Origin: an uncultured virus (IMG/VR IMGVR_UViG_3300032002_000001)
Taxonomy: Duplodnaviria; Heunggongvirae; Uroviricota; Caudoviricetes
IMG/VR virus record: IMGVR_UViG_3300032002_000001
Length of the DNA stretch: 21,610 nucleotides
Direction: 5' to 3' (one strand)
The number at the start of each line of letters is the position of its first letter. The first letter of the stretch is position 1. Shown piece after piece: positions 1 to 8,094 of this stretch. The notes under the pieces were generated by a model. That model worked only from the letters and a program-made list of their open reading frames with translations, was not told where the DNA came from and made no database searches. Position numbers and translations under genes: made by a program.

Positions 1-158
1 GTCATCCAGGGGGTGAAGGTAGAAGCGGTGTCGTTCGGCTGCCCTGACCAGCCGTAGGGGACACTCGGAGTGGTGTTATCCCCGACCGGGAAGTTCTCCT
101 CGTTCATCTCCGCGATCAGTCGGGTGGTGATCGGGCCACGAGAGACCGAGGACTTCAC
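1..158 (-). CDS. Probable tail terminator/tail completion protein, N-terminal part (runs off window)
   Basis: Not in the ORF track. GTG at 158 overlaps the upstream stop (GTGA) and follows SD GAGGAGG. Frame is open to the window edge: MKSSVSRGPITTRLIAEMNEENFPVGDNTTPSVPYGWSGQPNDTASTFTPWM. Position after an HK97 gp10-like gene fits. Confidence 0.55.
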   Translation of the reverse strand, partial: MKSSVSRGPITTRLIAEMNEENFPVGDNTTPSVPYGWSGQPNDTASTFTPWM

Positions 159-601
159 GAGGCCTCCTCGGTCAACACTTGGATGTTGGCCTCAGCTACA
201 GCAGGACCCAGGCTCTCCTTCCAGGCCTCGAAGGCAGGACGGACGAAGGGACGGGCCTTGGTACCGGGGTGGTTCACCTTCTGCACAACCACCATGTTCC
301 CGCCTACCTTGAACGCCAGTGCCTTCTTGTTCTTGGCTCGGATCTCGTGCGCCCTGGTCCCGAACTCCACGTAGGGCGCGTGCTTCGCAGTCGGCCCGAC
401 GATCACCCGGTTGGGCTCCACCCGGACCCCGAGGGACTCCCTCAGCTCGCCGGTCTTCACCGGTACCCGGATCTCCATCTCGGTAAGCAGGAAGTTGGCA
501 CTCTCCACCATCACCTGCTGGGTGGTCACCTCTGAGCGCTTAGCCGTCATCCGGAGAGCTTCGGCCAGCTTGGAGATGTCAGCGCTGGCTACCTGGGTCA
601 T
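155..601 (-). CDS. HK97 gp10-like neck/tail-completion protein
   Basis: Typical motifs VPVKTGELRESL, APYVEFGT, VNHPGTKARPFVRPA; located in the neck module. Confidence 0.85.
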   Translation of the reverse strand: MTQVASADISKLAEALRMTAKRSEVTTQQVMVESANFLLTEMEIRVPVKTGELRESLGVRVEPNRVIVGPTAKHAPYVEFGTRAHEIRAKNKKALAFKVGGNMVVVQKVNHPGTKARPFVRPAFEAWKESLGPAVAEANIQVLTEEAS

Positions 602-879
602 CGCTCCAACTCCTTGGGGTTAACCGGGACCAGAGCGCTGCCAGTCTTCTTCTGCTTGCTGTGCTTGAACGCCCGGATCGCATTTGGGGTGTCGAACCTA
701 GAGTCAGCCACCCGCGAGAGCTGGCCCACCCGCTTTTTGGCGTACGGGTTCTTCGCGCCGCCAGCAAAGATCTGCGCACCCTTCCCGGAATGGATGCCAG
801 CTCTCATGATCTGTGCATCTCGCTGGGTGAGGTGGATGCCCTTGGAGATGGTGTGCTCAACACCGAACGCGCTTATCAT
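598..879 (-). CDS. Small basic protein with SAFGVEH leader (putative head cargo)
   Basis: Begins MISAFGVEHTISK; ATGA overlaps with both neighbours; Lys/Arg-rich remainder. Confidence 0.7.
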   Translation of the reverse strand: MISAFGVEHTISKGIHLTQRDAQIMRAGIHSGKGAQIFAGGAKNPYAKKRVGQLSRVADSRFDTPNAIRAFKHSKQKKTGSALVPVNPKELER

Positions 880-1289
880 CCGATCCCCGTTACCGAGTAA
901 CGACGGGTGGCCCGGAGCTCACCAGCCTTGGCTGAGGACTGGACCTGGAACCGTTTCCCCACCATCTGCTCATCAGTGTCGGCTGCGGTGATCACGATCT
1001 CGTCGTTCTTCTTCAACAGCGGGGAGTCCCAGGGCAGGGAGATCTGGGTGGTAGAGATGTCCAGTTCAGCGTCAGTGTCCCCAAGTCCGACCACATTGGC
1101 TCCGGAGATCTCCCAGACCCGGCAGACGCCCTCGTAGAGCACCTCACGGGAGCCTGGGGTGTAGACCAGAGTGTCGTCGTCGTGCCCACCCTGAGTGATC
1201 CGTTCCGCCCTGCAGGTATAGCCCATCATCACCCCAGCAGCCCTGCTCCGGACGTACTGGAGAGCGTACGAGGTGATGTAGGTGGTCAC
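876..1289 (-). CDS. Head-to-tail stopper (DUF6093-like)
   Basis: 137-aa beta-rich protein (YEGVCRV, ISLPWDSP, NDEIVIT, GKRFQV, ATRRY) located downstream of the adaptor. Confidence 0.7.
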   Translation of the reverse strand: MTTYITSYALQYVRSRAAGVMMGYTCRAERITQGGHDDDTLVYTPGSREVLYEGVCRVWEISGANVVGLGDTDAELDISTTQISLPWDSPLLKKNDEIVITAADTDEQMVGKRFQVQSSAKAGELRATRRYSVTGIG

Positions 1290-1498
1290 TAGGCGATGAT
1301 CCCGGCAGCCCGCAGCGAGGCCAGCAGCTCGTTCACCTTGGTCGCAGTAGTAGCCGCAGTAGCGCTACCAGGAGTAGGGATGTCAGCCACCGCAGCACCC
1401 TTACCCAGCGGAGCGCTGCTGTCACTCAGAGCCAGGGCGATCTTGTAGGGGACCTCCAGGCTGATCAACTTGTCGAACTTCGCCTTGTCGTATGCCAT
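1289..1498 (-). CDS. Head fibre/decoration-like small protein
   Basis: C-terminal GAAVAD...ATKVNELLASLRAAGIIA matches the common phage head-fibre terminal motif; coupled to both neighbours. Confidence 0.65.
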   Translation of the reverse strand: MAYDKAKFDKLISLEVPYKIALALSDSSAPLGKGAAVADIPTPGSATAATTATKVNELLASLRAAGIIA

Positions 1499-1971
1499 CA
1501 GGTACCAGGCTCCTCGTAGGGGTTGTAGGAATAGAAGTCTCTCGACCCGTACTCCTGGCGTCCAGCTGCTAGATCATCGTGCATCCCCGTACCGAAGTTG
1601 AACGGAGCGATGTTCGGGTCCTGCTCCTCGTAGGGGGTGATGCCGCCCACATCAGGAAATCCCCCTACGAGGAGACTCTTGTGCTGCTGACGCAGGCTGG
1701 CAGCTAGTTCGCGGAACTGCTGTGCGACTACACCCAGACCGATGTTCACTCCATCGGCAGAGATCGACGCTTCCCGTGCGTAACGCGCAGCAAGTACTTC
1801 TGCACAGGCAGCGGCGACATACTCCACACTGCCCAGGCGATCCTTCCACTTCGAGAGCATGAAGTTGATCTCCTCGTCCTGCATGAAGGGTTCTGAGGAG
1901 TTCGTGTCCTGCAGCAAGAACCTGACCTGGTCCTTGTCTGAGGTGGTGGGATCGGCGTAGTTGAAGCTCAC
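1498..1971 (-). CDS. Head-to-tail adaptor
   Basis: DQVRFLLQDT...MQDEEINFML...AAACAEVLAARYAR pattern typical of adaptor proteins; synteny. Confidence 0.8.
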   Translation of the reverse strand: MSFNYADPTTSDKDQVRFLLQDTNSSEPFMQDEEINFMLSKWKDRLGSVEYVAAACAEVLAARYAREASISADGVNIGLGVVAQQFRELAASLRQQHKSLLVGGFPDVGGITPYEEQDPNIAPFNFGTGMHDDLAAGRQEYGSRDFYSYNPYEEPGT

Positions 1972-2615
1972 TTAGCTCCTCCGAAACTCGACCCTCCGAA
2001 GCTAGGCTTGCTCGCTCCGAAGCCAGCACTGGGGGAGGAGGACAGACCAGCACCGGGCTTCTTCTGCATCCCCATCCGCTTCTGGCGACCAGCCATGAAC
2101 GCCTGCATCGGACCCTTGGGCTGCTGAGGCTTAGCGGGGCCACCAGCGAACGTTCCTGCCGCTCCCCCGGGCTTCTGAGCTCCACCCTGGAAGGTTGGCT
2201 TCTGGGGCTTCATCAGGCCAGCAGAGACGCCCTGACCGCCTCCAGTCTGAGCACCACCACCCCGGAAGGCTGAGGAACCAGGGAGACGGAAGCCAGCCTT
2301 GGCCACTGCACTCTTCTTCTTGTAGCCCACGGCTCCGCCAGCACCACCAACGGTGAGACCAGCAGCCCCACCCGCTGCGTACTTGCCTCGGGTGTTCAGA
2401 CCCCCACCGATAGTGTTCGAAGACTTCTTGCCCTTCTTGGCCGCGATGTGTCGAGACTCGGTGGTCTCCTTCAACTTGGCGTTGGTGAAGATCCCATTCG
2501 GACGAGAGGAGACGACTGTGTGGTTGAGGATCGGACCCTTGGCAGAAAACGACTGGCTGACGACTCGCATCCGCTTGGAGACCTCAGTGTGCTCCACCCC
2601 GAAAGCTGAGTACAT
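1968..2615 (-). CDS. Basic Gly-rich protein with SAFGVEH leader (putative head cargo)
   Basis: Begins MYSAFGVEHTEVSK; one glycine-zipper segment (YAAGGAAGLTVGGAGGAVGY), then VAK, then a low-complexity G/Q/K/P tail. Confidence 0.7.
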   Translation of the reverse strand: MYSAFGVEHTEVSKRMRVVSQSFSAKGPILNHTVVSSRPNGIFTNAKLKETTESRHIAAKKGKKSSNTIGGGLNTRGKYAAGGAAGLTVGGAGGAVGYKKKSAVAKAGFRLPGSSAFRGGGAQTGGGQGVSAGLMKPQKPTFQGGAQKPGGAAGTFAGGPAKPQQPKGPMQAFMAGRQKRMGMQKKPGAGLSSSPSAGFGASKPSFGGSSFGGAK

Positions 2616-3031
2616 CAGAACTTCTTCTTCCTGTTCCCAGCTATCGTTCCAGCGCCAACCGCTCCAGCACCACCAATAGCAGCACCGCCAGTAACACCAG
2701 GCCTACGCTGCATCGCAGCGCCTGCGCGGCGCATCGCACCACCCATCCGGACCTGAGTAGCACCAGCAGCCCGAGCTCCAGCGCCCAGAGCGTTAGCCTG
2801 ACGTTGAGCCTTGGGGGTGAAATTCATCCCCTTCGACCCGAACATCCCAGGGGAACCCTTAGCTGCTTGCTGGGTGATTCTGCCTTCCTTCATGGCCTTA
2901 GCGCCTTGTACGCGCAGCTTCTGGCCACCGGTGGACATCCCTCGACCCATAGCGCCACCTAGACGGGAGACAGCGCCCAGTCCCCAAGCCTTGGAGACCT
3001 CACCGTGGTCTACTCCGAATGCGCTCTGCAT
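2615..3031 (-). CDS. Basic Gly/Ala/Met-rich protein with SAFGVDH leader (138 aa)
   Basis: Start reassigned from 3070 to ATG 3031 (MQSAFGVDHGEVSK). This matches the paralog leaders and lies just after the upstream stop at 3036. C-terminal glycine zipper followed by RKKKF. Confidence 0.7.
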   Translation of the reverse strand: MQSAFGVDHGEVSKAWGLGAVSRLGGAMGRGMSTGGQKLRVQGAKAMKEGRITQQAAKGSPGMFGSKGMNFTPKAQRQANALGAGARAAGATQVRMGGAMRRAGAAMQRRPGVTGGAAIGGAGAVGAGTIAGNRKKKF

Positions 3032-3035
3032 CGTC

Positions 3036-3341
3036 CTAGTCCTTCTGTCCAGCCTGCTCCTTGACTTCATCCACGTCGTACTCAGGTGGATTCACCAGGA
3101 TGTCAGGTTCGGTCTCTTCCTGATCTACACCACTGTGGAGACCCAGGCTGTAGTTCCGCTTAGCGACTTCCTCTTCCAGCTTCTTCAGGTCGTACTCCGG
3201 AGGATTCAGGAAGTAGGCGGGTTCGGTCTGACCCTCGTCATCCTCACCGTCGATCCCGAGGGAGAAGGTGTGGCCCACATCCTCGTTCAGGTTCGGCTCG
3301 TAGCGAGGCGGGTTGTTCTCGTTCACGTTCTCGTCACTCAT
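3036..3341 (-). CDS. Acidic hypothetical protein with NPPxY repeats
   Basis: ATGA-coupled to the upstream gene; contains NPPRYE, NPPEYD, NPPEYD. Confidence 0.65.
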   Translation of the reverse strand: MSDENVNENNPPRYEPNLNEDVGHTFSLGIDGEDDEGQTEPAYFLNPPEYDLKKLEEEVAKRNYSLGLHSGVDQEETEPDILVNPPEYDVDEVKEQAGQKD

Positions 3342-4075
3342 GACAGGATTCCCTTTCGGCCCTTACCGGCTTCTTCTGCGGCGAGAACGCGCTCTCGCTC
3401 TTCCTCGGAGATGTCGGAGTCGAGATACTCGTTGACCTCGACCACGCTGTGCTCAGAGGGGTCATAGAGATCTTCCTCGGTGATGGCCCGCTCTTCGTCT
3501 TCCTCTTCCTCGGTGTCCTCCGGATCAGACTCTGGGTCCATCACGGCAGGCTCTGCAGGCTCGTAGGTGTCCTCGTCCCGGACCAGCTCAGCTGGCTCGG
3601 TCTCGCCTACTGGCTCCAGTTCGTCCTCCGGAGGCTCGTTCTCCTCGTTCTCCGCTGCCAGCACCTGCTCGGTGAGGGCAGCCTCGTGAGCCTTGGCGTG
3701 GAGAGCGGCACCCTGATCCGGAGTCTCCTCCCACGGGGTGAAGGTCTCGTGATCAGCGATGGGGTGCTCCAGATCCATCTGCCGAGGCTTGTTGTAGGCA
3801 CTGGATCCACCCAGCACCTTCACGTCCTCGCGCTTGATCAGCCCCAGCTTCCGAGTGATGTCACGCTTCACCCAGACGTGGTGGTACCAGTGACGCGGCA
3901 GATCCTTGCTGTCATCCACCACGGCAACCAGGCGACGGGTGCGGACCAGCATGTCGATCTTGGCTCCGAGGTCCTGATCGAAGTCATCACCCATCTTGTA
4001 GTCCACGCCATCGAAGGTGAAGTCGCGGGCGCAGATGAAGTGGATCGCAGTATTACGGTCCAGCTGGGACGGCAT
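3338..4075 (-). CDS. Capsid-associated hypothetical protein (small N-terminal beta domain, acidic linker, C-terminal helical motif)
   Basis: SD AAGGAG. N-terminal FTFDGVDYKMGDDF and C-terminal SVVEVNEYL...VLAAEEAGKGRKGIL resemble small modules often encoded just after phage capsid genes. Confidence 0.65.
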   Translation of the reverse strand: MPSQLDRNTAIHFICARDFTFDGVDYKMGDDFDQDLGAKIDMLVRTRRLVAVVDDSKDLPRHWYHHVWVKRDITRKLGLIKREDVKVLGGSSAYNKPRQMDLEHPIADHETFTPWEETPDQGAALHAKAHEAALTEQVLAAENEENEPPEDELEPVGETEPAELVRDEDTYEPAEPAVMDPESDPEDTEEEEDEERAITEEDLYDPSEHSVVEVNEYLDSDISEEERERVLAAEEAGKGRKGILS

Positions 4076-4085
4076 CTCTTACTCC

Positions 4086-4607
4086 TTACCGGAAGGGATC
4101 CGGGAGCGGGTTCTTGGTGACACGGGCAGCGCTTTGTCCCGCAGCCTGTCCAGCTCGGTATCCAGCGCTCCCCTTCTTAGTCGCGCCCCCGAAGAGGGTG
4201 GGCATGTGTTCACCCCGGACTCCGATGCCCTGGGACTTCATCGCCTGGTTGTGACCACGCTGGAAGTTCCGGTTGTAGTTCTTCTCGCCCCGGACCTTCA
4301 TCGCACCCTTGACGGCCTTGACCGGGTTTAACGCCTTCTCGATGTCACCGTGGTCTACACCGAATGCAGATACGCTCATATTCTTCTTCACCTTCTTTTT
4401 CCGTGTGGCCTTCGCGCCAGCTACCAAACCACCCATCGCACCGAGTCCACCTGCAGAGGCTGCACCAGCAGCAGCCAGACCCTTGGTCCCAGATGGCCCA
4501 CGACGAATGAGTTTGTACCCACCAGCAGCACCTGCTGCACCACCGGCAGCAGCACCGGCGTAAGCGTTCCGCTGTCGCCGCTGCCAGTAGGTCTTCTTCT
4601 CGGCCAT
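4086..4607 (-). CDS. Two-module basic glycine-zipper protein with internal SAFGVDH leader
   Basis: SD AGGAG. N-terminal module has two Gly/Ala hydrophobic segments; residues 77-91 are MSVSAFGVDHGDIEK. Confidence 0.7.
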   Translation of the reverse strand: MAEKKTYWQRRQRNAYAGAAAGGAAGAAGGYKLIRRGPSGTKGLAAAGAASAGGLGAMGGLVAGAKATRKKKVKKNMSVSAFGVDHGDIEKALNPVKAVKGAMKVRGEKNYNRNFQRGHNQAMKSQGIGVRGEHMPTLFGGATKKGSAGYRAGQAAGQSAARVTKNPLPDPFR

Positions 4608-4623
4608 CTCTCTCCTAACTACT

Positions 4624-4652
4624 GAGGGGCTGGGGCAGAACCCCAGCCCCTC
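4624..4652 (-). terminator. GC-rich hairpin after the major capsid gene (terminator/attenuator or mRNA stabiliser)
   Basis: Perfect 12-bp inverted repeat GAGGGGCTGGGG / CCCCAGCCCCTC with a 5-nt loop; no U-tract. Confidence 0.7.
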
Positions 4653-4669
4653 TCAGGTAGTGCCTAGCG

Positions 4670-5668
4670 TCAGGCGATGGCGCTCGCCAGGAAGATCCCC
4701 ATGTCAGGTGCAACGACCTTCATGTCGTAGGTCATCTCACCCTCGATGCGGTCTGAGGCGATGTGGTCCATGCGGAACCGCTTCATCCGGATGCCATAGC
4801 TGTTGCCAGCCAGGTAACCGTTCCAGGTGAAGGTATAGCCCGCAGCAGGCGTCATCAGGGACGGAGAGCTCGGTGAGTAGCAGAGCAGAGCCGCCTTGGA
4901 GTTGGTCATGAAGGAGTACGTCGCAGCGGTGTCCTGCTCCCGCAGGTCGTTGCGCTCAGCAACGTCCGTGACGGTGGCGTAGGAGACCAGCACCTTCTCC
5001 ACATCGAAGAGGGTGGCGAGCAGATCCGTGGTGACCACACCACGCTGGGTGTACTTGATCCGGTCGATGATGTCCGGGTGGTTCTTCAACTGAGTGATCG
5101 TCTCAGCTCCGAGCACCAGGGTGTTCGCCTTCCTACCGGACTGACGGACGAACTCCGTCTGCAGGTTGGCGAACTGGACAATCGGGTCGGACGCCGCGTC
5201 GTTCCACTGGAGGAACTGGGTGGAGTTCGGGCCGGAGGCCACACCGGTGTAGTCCTTACCCCAGACACCCGTCTTGAAGTAGGTGTTGTTCCAGTCGAGG
5301 TCGCGCCGGAGCAGCAGGTGGTTGGTGACGTTCAGAGTCGCGTCCTTGTCCAAGCTCCAGTTGGAGTCGGCGTTGGCGCGGATCTGGTCATCGATGTCCT
5401 TGTGCACACCGAACACCTGGGCGAAGTAGGTATCGGTGTCGAACTTCCAACCGGTACCAGCCGTCTCGGTGCCGGGTGCGCGCTTCTGCGCGTCAGTCCG
5501 ACGCCAATCCGACTTGCTGTACTTCCAGTACATATCGGACTGCTTGGAGACCGGGACGCGAGGAAAGATCTTGTCCGCGATGAACGTGGACTTATCCTGC
5601 ATCCAGGCCACCGACACGTTGGTGAGCGGCTGATTTACGTGAAGGTCGCTCTGAGTCGGGTTAGGCAT
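4670..5668 (-). CDS. Major capsid protein (gpE-like, HK97 fold)
   Basis: 332 aa; DLHVNQPLTNVSVAW, IADKIFPRVPV, WNDAASDPI, LKNHPDIIDRIKY; strong SD AGGAGG; follows the scaffold and cement genes. Confidence 0.92.
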   Translation of the reverse strand: MPNPTQSDLHVNQPLTNVSVAWMQDKSTFIADKIFPRVPVSKQSDMYWKYSKSDWRRTDAQKRAPGTETAGTGWKFDTDTYFAQVFGVHKDIDDQIRANADSNWSLDKDATLNVTNHLLLRRDLDWNNTYFKTGVWGKDYTGVASGPNSTQFLQWNDAASDPIVQFANLQTEFVRQSGRKANTLVLGAETITQLKNHPDIIDRIKYTQRGVVTTDLLATLFDVEKVLVSYATVTDVAERNDLREQDTAATYSFMTNSKAALLCYSPSSPSLMTPAAGYTFTWNGYLAGNSYGIRMKRFRMDHIASDRIEGEMTYDMKVVAPDMGIFLASAIA

Positions 5669-5683
5669 TACTCACTCCTCCTA

Positions 5684-6088
5684 TCAGAGCTGCAGCAGCA
5701 GGACGGAGACGAGCTCGCCTGCGTTGGCGGTGGACGTAAGGGCAACTCCGACCGTTGGGCCAGCACCAGCGGTGGCAGCCTGTCCGTCAGCGGAGACCTT
5801 GATGTTGGCACCAGCGGTGATCGCCACATCGGCTACCACCTTGCTGACCCCACGAATCCCCACGGTCGCGGCGTTACCCGCGTTCTGGGGCTTGTTCTGC
5901 AGCACACCGATGACTACGTCATCCGCGTCCGCGATCCCAACCTGGTGAACTCCGGTGACCTTCACGAAGTGGTACTGCTTACCACCGTGAGGGTTAGGGG
6001 CACCGGGGGTACCAGGAGGGCCGGTGTAAACGGCGAGCGAGCTATCCGCGTTCAGCGTGATAGACCGAAGGCTCTCTTCGTAAGCCAC
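5684..6088 (-). CDS. Capsid cement/decoration protein (DUF2190-like)
   Basis: GVLQNKP...ATVGIRGVSKVVA...AITAGA...DGQA...VGVAL...AGELVSVLL pattern; immediately upstream of the capsid gene. Confidence 0.8.
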   Translation of the reverse strand: MAYEESLRSITLNADSSLAVYTGPPGTPGAPNPHGGKQYHFVKVTGVHQVGIADADDVVIGVLQNKPQNAGNAATVGIRGVSKVVADVAITAGANIKVSADGQAATAGAGPTVGVALTSTANAGELVSVLLLQL

Positions 6089-6113
6089 GGCTCTTCCCTT
6101 CCTTCCCTATCTC

Positions 6114-6914
6114 TCAGATTCCCCGGCGCTCGGAGAGGTACTCGTCGTAGGCTGCGGGGTTTTCATCGAAGACCTTGGAGATCATGGCCTCGCGGCTACC
6201 CCCGTCGCTCTTCTGGATGTTCTCATTGGCGTAGGCCTCGACCACTGCCATCGGGTCAGCGTTCTCACCCGATCCCTGGTAACCGACCTCTTCGTAGAGG
6301 ATGGTTCCAGCGGTCTCCAGGCACTTAGCGATCACTGCGCAGTCGTCGTAGCTCATCGTCTCGGCCATCCGGTAGAGCACCGGACCGAGCTCCTGAGGAT
6401 CAACCGGGAGGTTGTACTCCTGAGCCTTGGAGACGTACTCGCGGGTCAGGCGGAGATCCCGCTCAGCCTTAGCGATGGACTCGAACTCCTGGTGCTGGTT
6501 CTGCAGCTCTTCGATCCGTCCCAGCGCCTTGGCGATGACCGCGTCACGGTCCTCGTCGCTGAAAGCCTTGGAGAGCTCTTCCATGATCTCCTTGGAGAAG
6601 CTGGACGGCTCTTCCTCGTGGTCCTCGAAGAAAGCGGACTTACCGACAGTCTCCGGCTCACGCTCTTCTGCGCCTTCCTCTTCACCGACGAACTCGTACG
6701 CAGCGCCATCCTGGTCGTACACGATGTCACCTACGTTGAGGTCGTCCTCATTGAGGACTTCACCATCCTCGTTGTAGATATCGAACTCGGGCATTTCATC
6801 CTCCTCAGGAGCCCTCTTAGCGATGGTGATCATCGCGTGCTGATTCGCGCCTTTGTCGACCAGGGAGATCTCATCGATCTCCATGTTCTTCAAGTTCCGG
6901 ATCGGCCGTGGCAT
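6114..6914 (-). CDS. Scaffolding protein with N-terminal prohead-protease fragment (EISLVDKGAN)
   Basis: Acidic, helical protein upstream of cement/capsid. Residues 8-33 match the L.E[IV]SLV..[PG]AN..A strand of HK97-family proteases. SD GAGGTG. Confidence 0.75.
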   Translation of the reverse strand: MPRPIRNLKNMEIDEISLVDKGANQHAMITIAKRAPEEDEMPEFDIYNEDGEVLNEDDLNVGDIVYDQDGAAYEFVGEEEGAEEREPETVGKSAFFEDHEEEPSSFSKEIMEELSKAFSDEDRDAVIAKALGRIEELQNQHQEFESIAKAERDLRLTREYVSKAQEYNLPVDPQELGPVLYRMAETMSYDDCAVIAKCLETAGTILYEEVGYQGSGENADPMAVVEAYANENIQKSDGGSREAMISKVFDENPAAYDEYLSERRGI

Positions 6915-6951
6915 CTTTCACCTCTGATTACAGTCTCTGAGCTCTGTCACG

Positions 6952-8094
6952 TCAGTCTTCGTCAACATCGAAGAGTTTGGAGATCTCCTCCAGGTAGTTC
7001 TCCGTCTTCCCGATCTCTCCAGTGGTGCCCAAGCTCTTGTAGACACCCCAGCTCTCCGACTTCCGCTTCCGCTCCAGAGCCATCGAGCCAGCAGCCAGAC
7101 CTGCTCCAGCTGCGCCCAACTTTCCGGCAGCGCGGAAGTTCTTGTTGGCACCGGTGTGCAGAGCCTTGTAGGCCTTCTTCTGGCTCTTAGCCTTGTCCCC
7201 GGCCTTCTTCTGCTTGATCCCCCGAGCGGTCTTCACACCAGCAGCCAGAGCAGTCGCCCCTGAAGCACCAGCTGCTGCTCCCGGGTAGATGTTGTTCCGG
7301 CGCTGACGGTTCCGCTCTGAGTCGAAGTTCCGAGCAGTAGGAGTCCAGTTCTTCCTCACCGGTCGCTTCCTGCTCTCCGCACCGGTGTAGGCAGCGAAGT
7401 TGAACGCGCTCGCACCACCGATACCAGCAGAGGTAGCCAGCACTGGCACTGTGGCAGCCTTGATCCGGTCGCGCTCTGGATCCTTGGGCTTAGGCGCAGC
7501 CACCCTGTTCTTCAGCGCCGGGATCTTCCGTAGTGCGGTACGCCCAGGGCGAGAGGCTGCCATCGTGCCCCCGAGCGCTGCGAGCCCGAGCGCACCGGTG
7601 ACCTGTGAAGAGCGACCCTGGATCTTCTTCCGACGCCGGATCTCGGTATCGGACATGGTCCGTGCCTTGCCCACAGCTTCCTTCTTCCGGTCGATCTTTC
7701 GGTCGATCTTCTTCTTCGCATGGCGTCCAGCCGCCAGGTTCCCAGCCAGGGTGCCAGCCGTTGCCGTGCCATACACCGCCCCGATGGTGCCCAAGCCAGC
7801 AGGGCTAGGCTTCACCTTCCGGCTGACCTGGAACCCGGTCTTCAGTGCACTCCCGGTGCTCTTCAGCTTCCCATGCCCACCCACGTGAGATTCAGTACCT
7901 GGGATCTTCACCTTCTGCCGGGAGTGGCCGTACTGGATCTTCCCCGCCGCGATCCCCGGCTTCGCCTTCCGAGCAGCCCGAGACGCGCCATAGCCAGCAG
8001 CGGCTCCACCGAGTAGACCACCATAGGCTCCGGCGTCAGCAGTCTCTCTGATCTTCCGGTTCTCCTGTGGGGTGTACTTCCGACGATCTGCCAT
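6952..8094 (-). CDS. Basic Gly/Ala-rich modular protein (putative cleaved head cargo polyprotein)
   Basis: Coupled to the upstream gene (TGATG); six glycine-zipper hydrophobic segments flanked by K/R clusters; short acidic C-terminus. Confidence 0.7.
   Translation of the reverse strand: MADRRKYTPQENRKIRETADAGAYGGLLGGAAAGYGASRAARKAKPGIAAGKIQYGHSRQKVKIPGTESHVGGHGKLKSTGSALKTGFQVSRKVKPSPAGLGTIGAVYGTATAGTLAGNLAAGRHAKKKIDRKIDRKKEAVGKARTMSDTEIRRRKKIQGRSSQVTGALGLAALGGTMAASRPGRTALRKIPALKNRVAAPKPKDPERDRIKAATVPVLATSAGIGGASAFNFAAYTGAESRKRPVRKNWTPTARNFDSERNRQRRNNIYPGAAAGASGATALAAGVKTARGIKQKKAGDKAKSQKKAYKALHTGANKNFRAAGKLGAAGAGLAAGSMALERKRKSESWGVYKSLGTTGEIGKTENYLEEISKLFDVDED

Noticed and set aside
569..577. 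ISK near the N-terminus of the HK97 gp10-like protein as a cleavage site
   Set aside because: Single occurrence in a neck protein whose family commonly has a D-I-x-x-L type start; likely chance.
1652..2185. Alternative-frame minus-strand ORFs (also 6446-6730, 12380-12781, 15363-15716, 16057-16443)
   Set aside because: They overlap better-supported genes in another frame and have Arg/Ser/Gly-rich off-frame composition.
3032..3070. ORF-track start at 3070 for the 151-aa protein
   Set aside because: It overlaps the upstream gene by 35 bp; ATG 3031 aligns with the paralogous leaders.
598..4607. Leader plus variable core read as a RiPP/bacteriocin cluster
   Set aside because: No modifying enzymes or transporter in the window, no double-glycine site, and the genes are embedded in the virion operon. 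Head targeting explains the pattern better.
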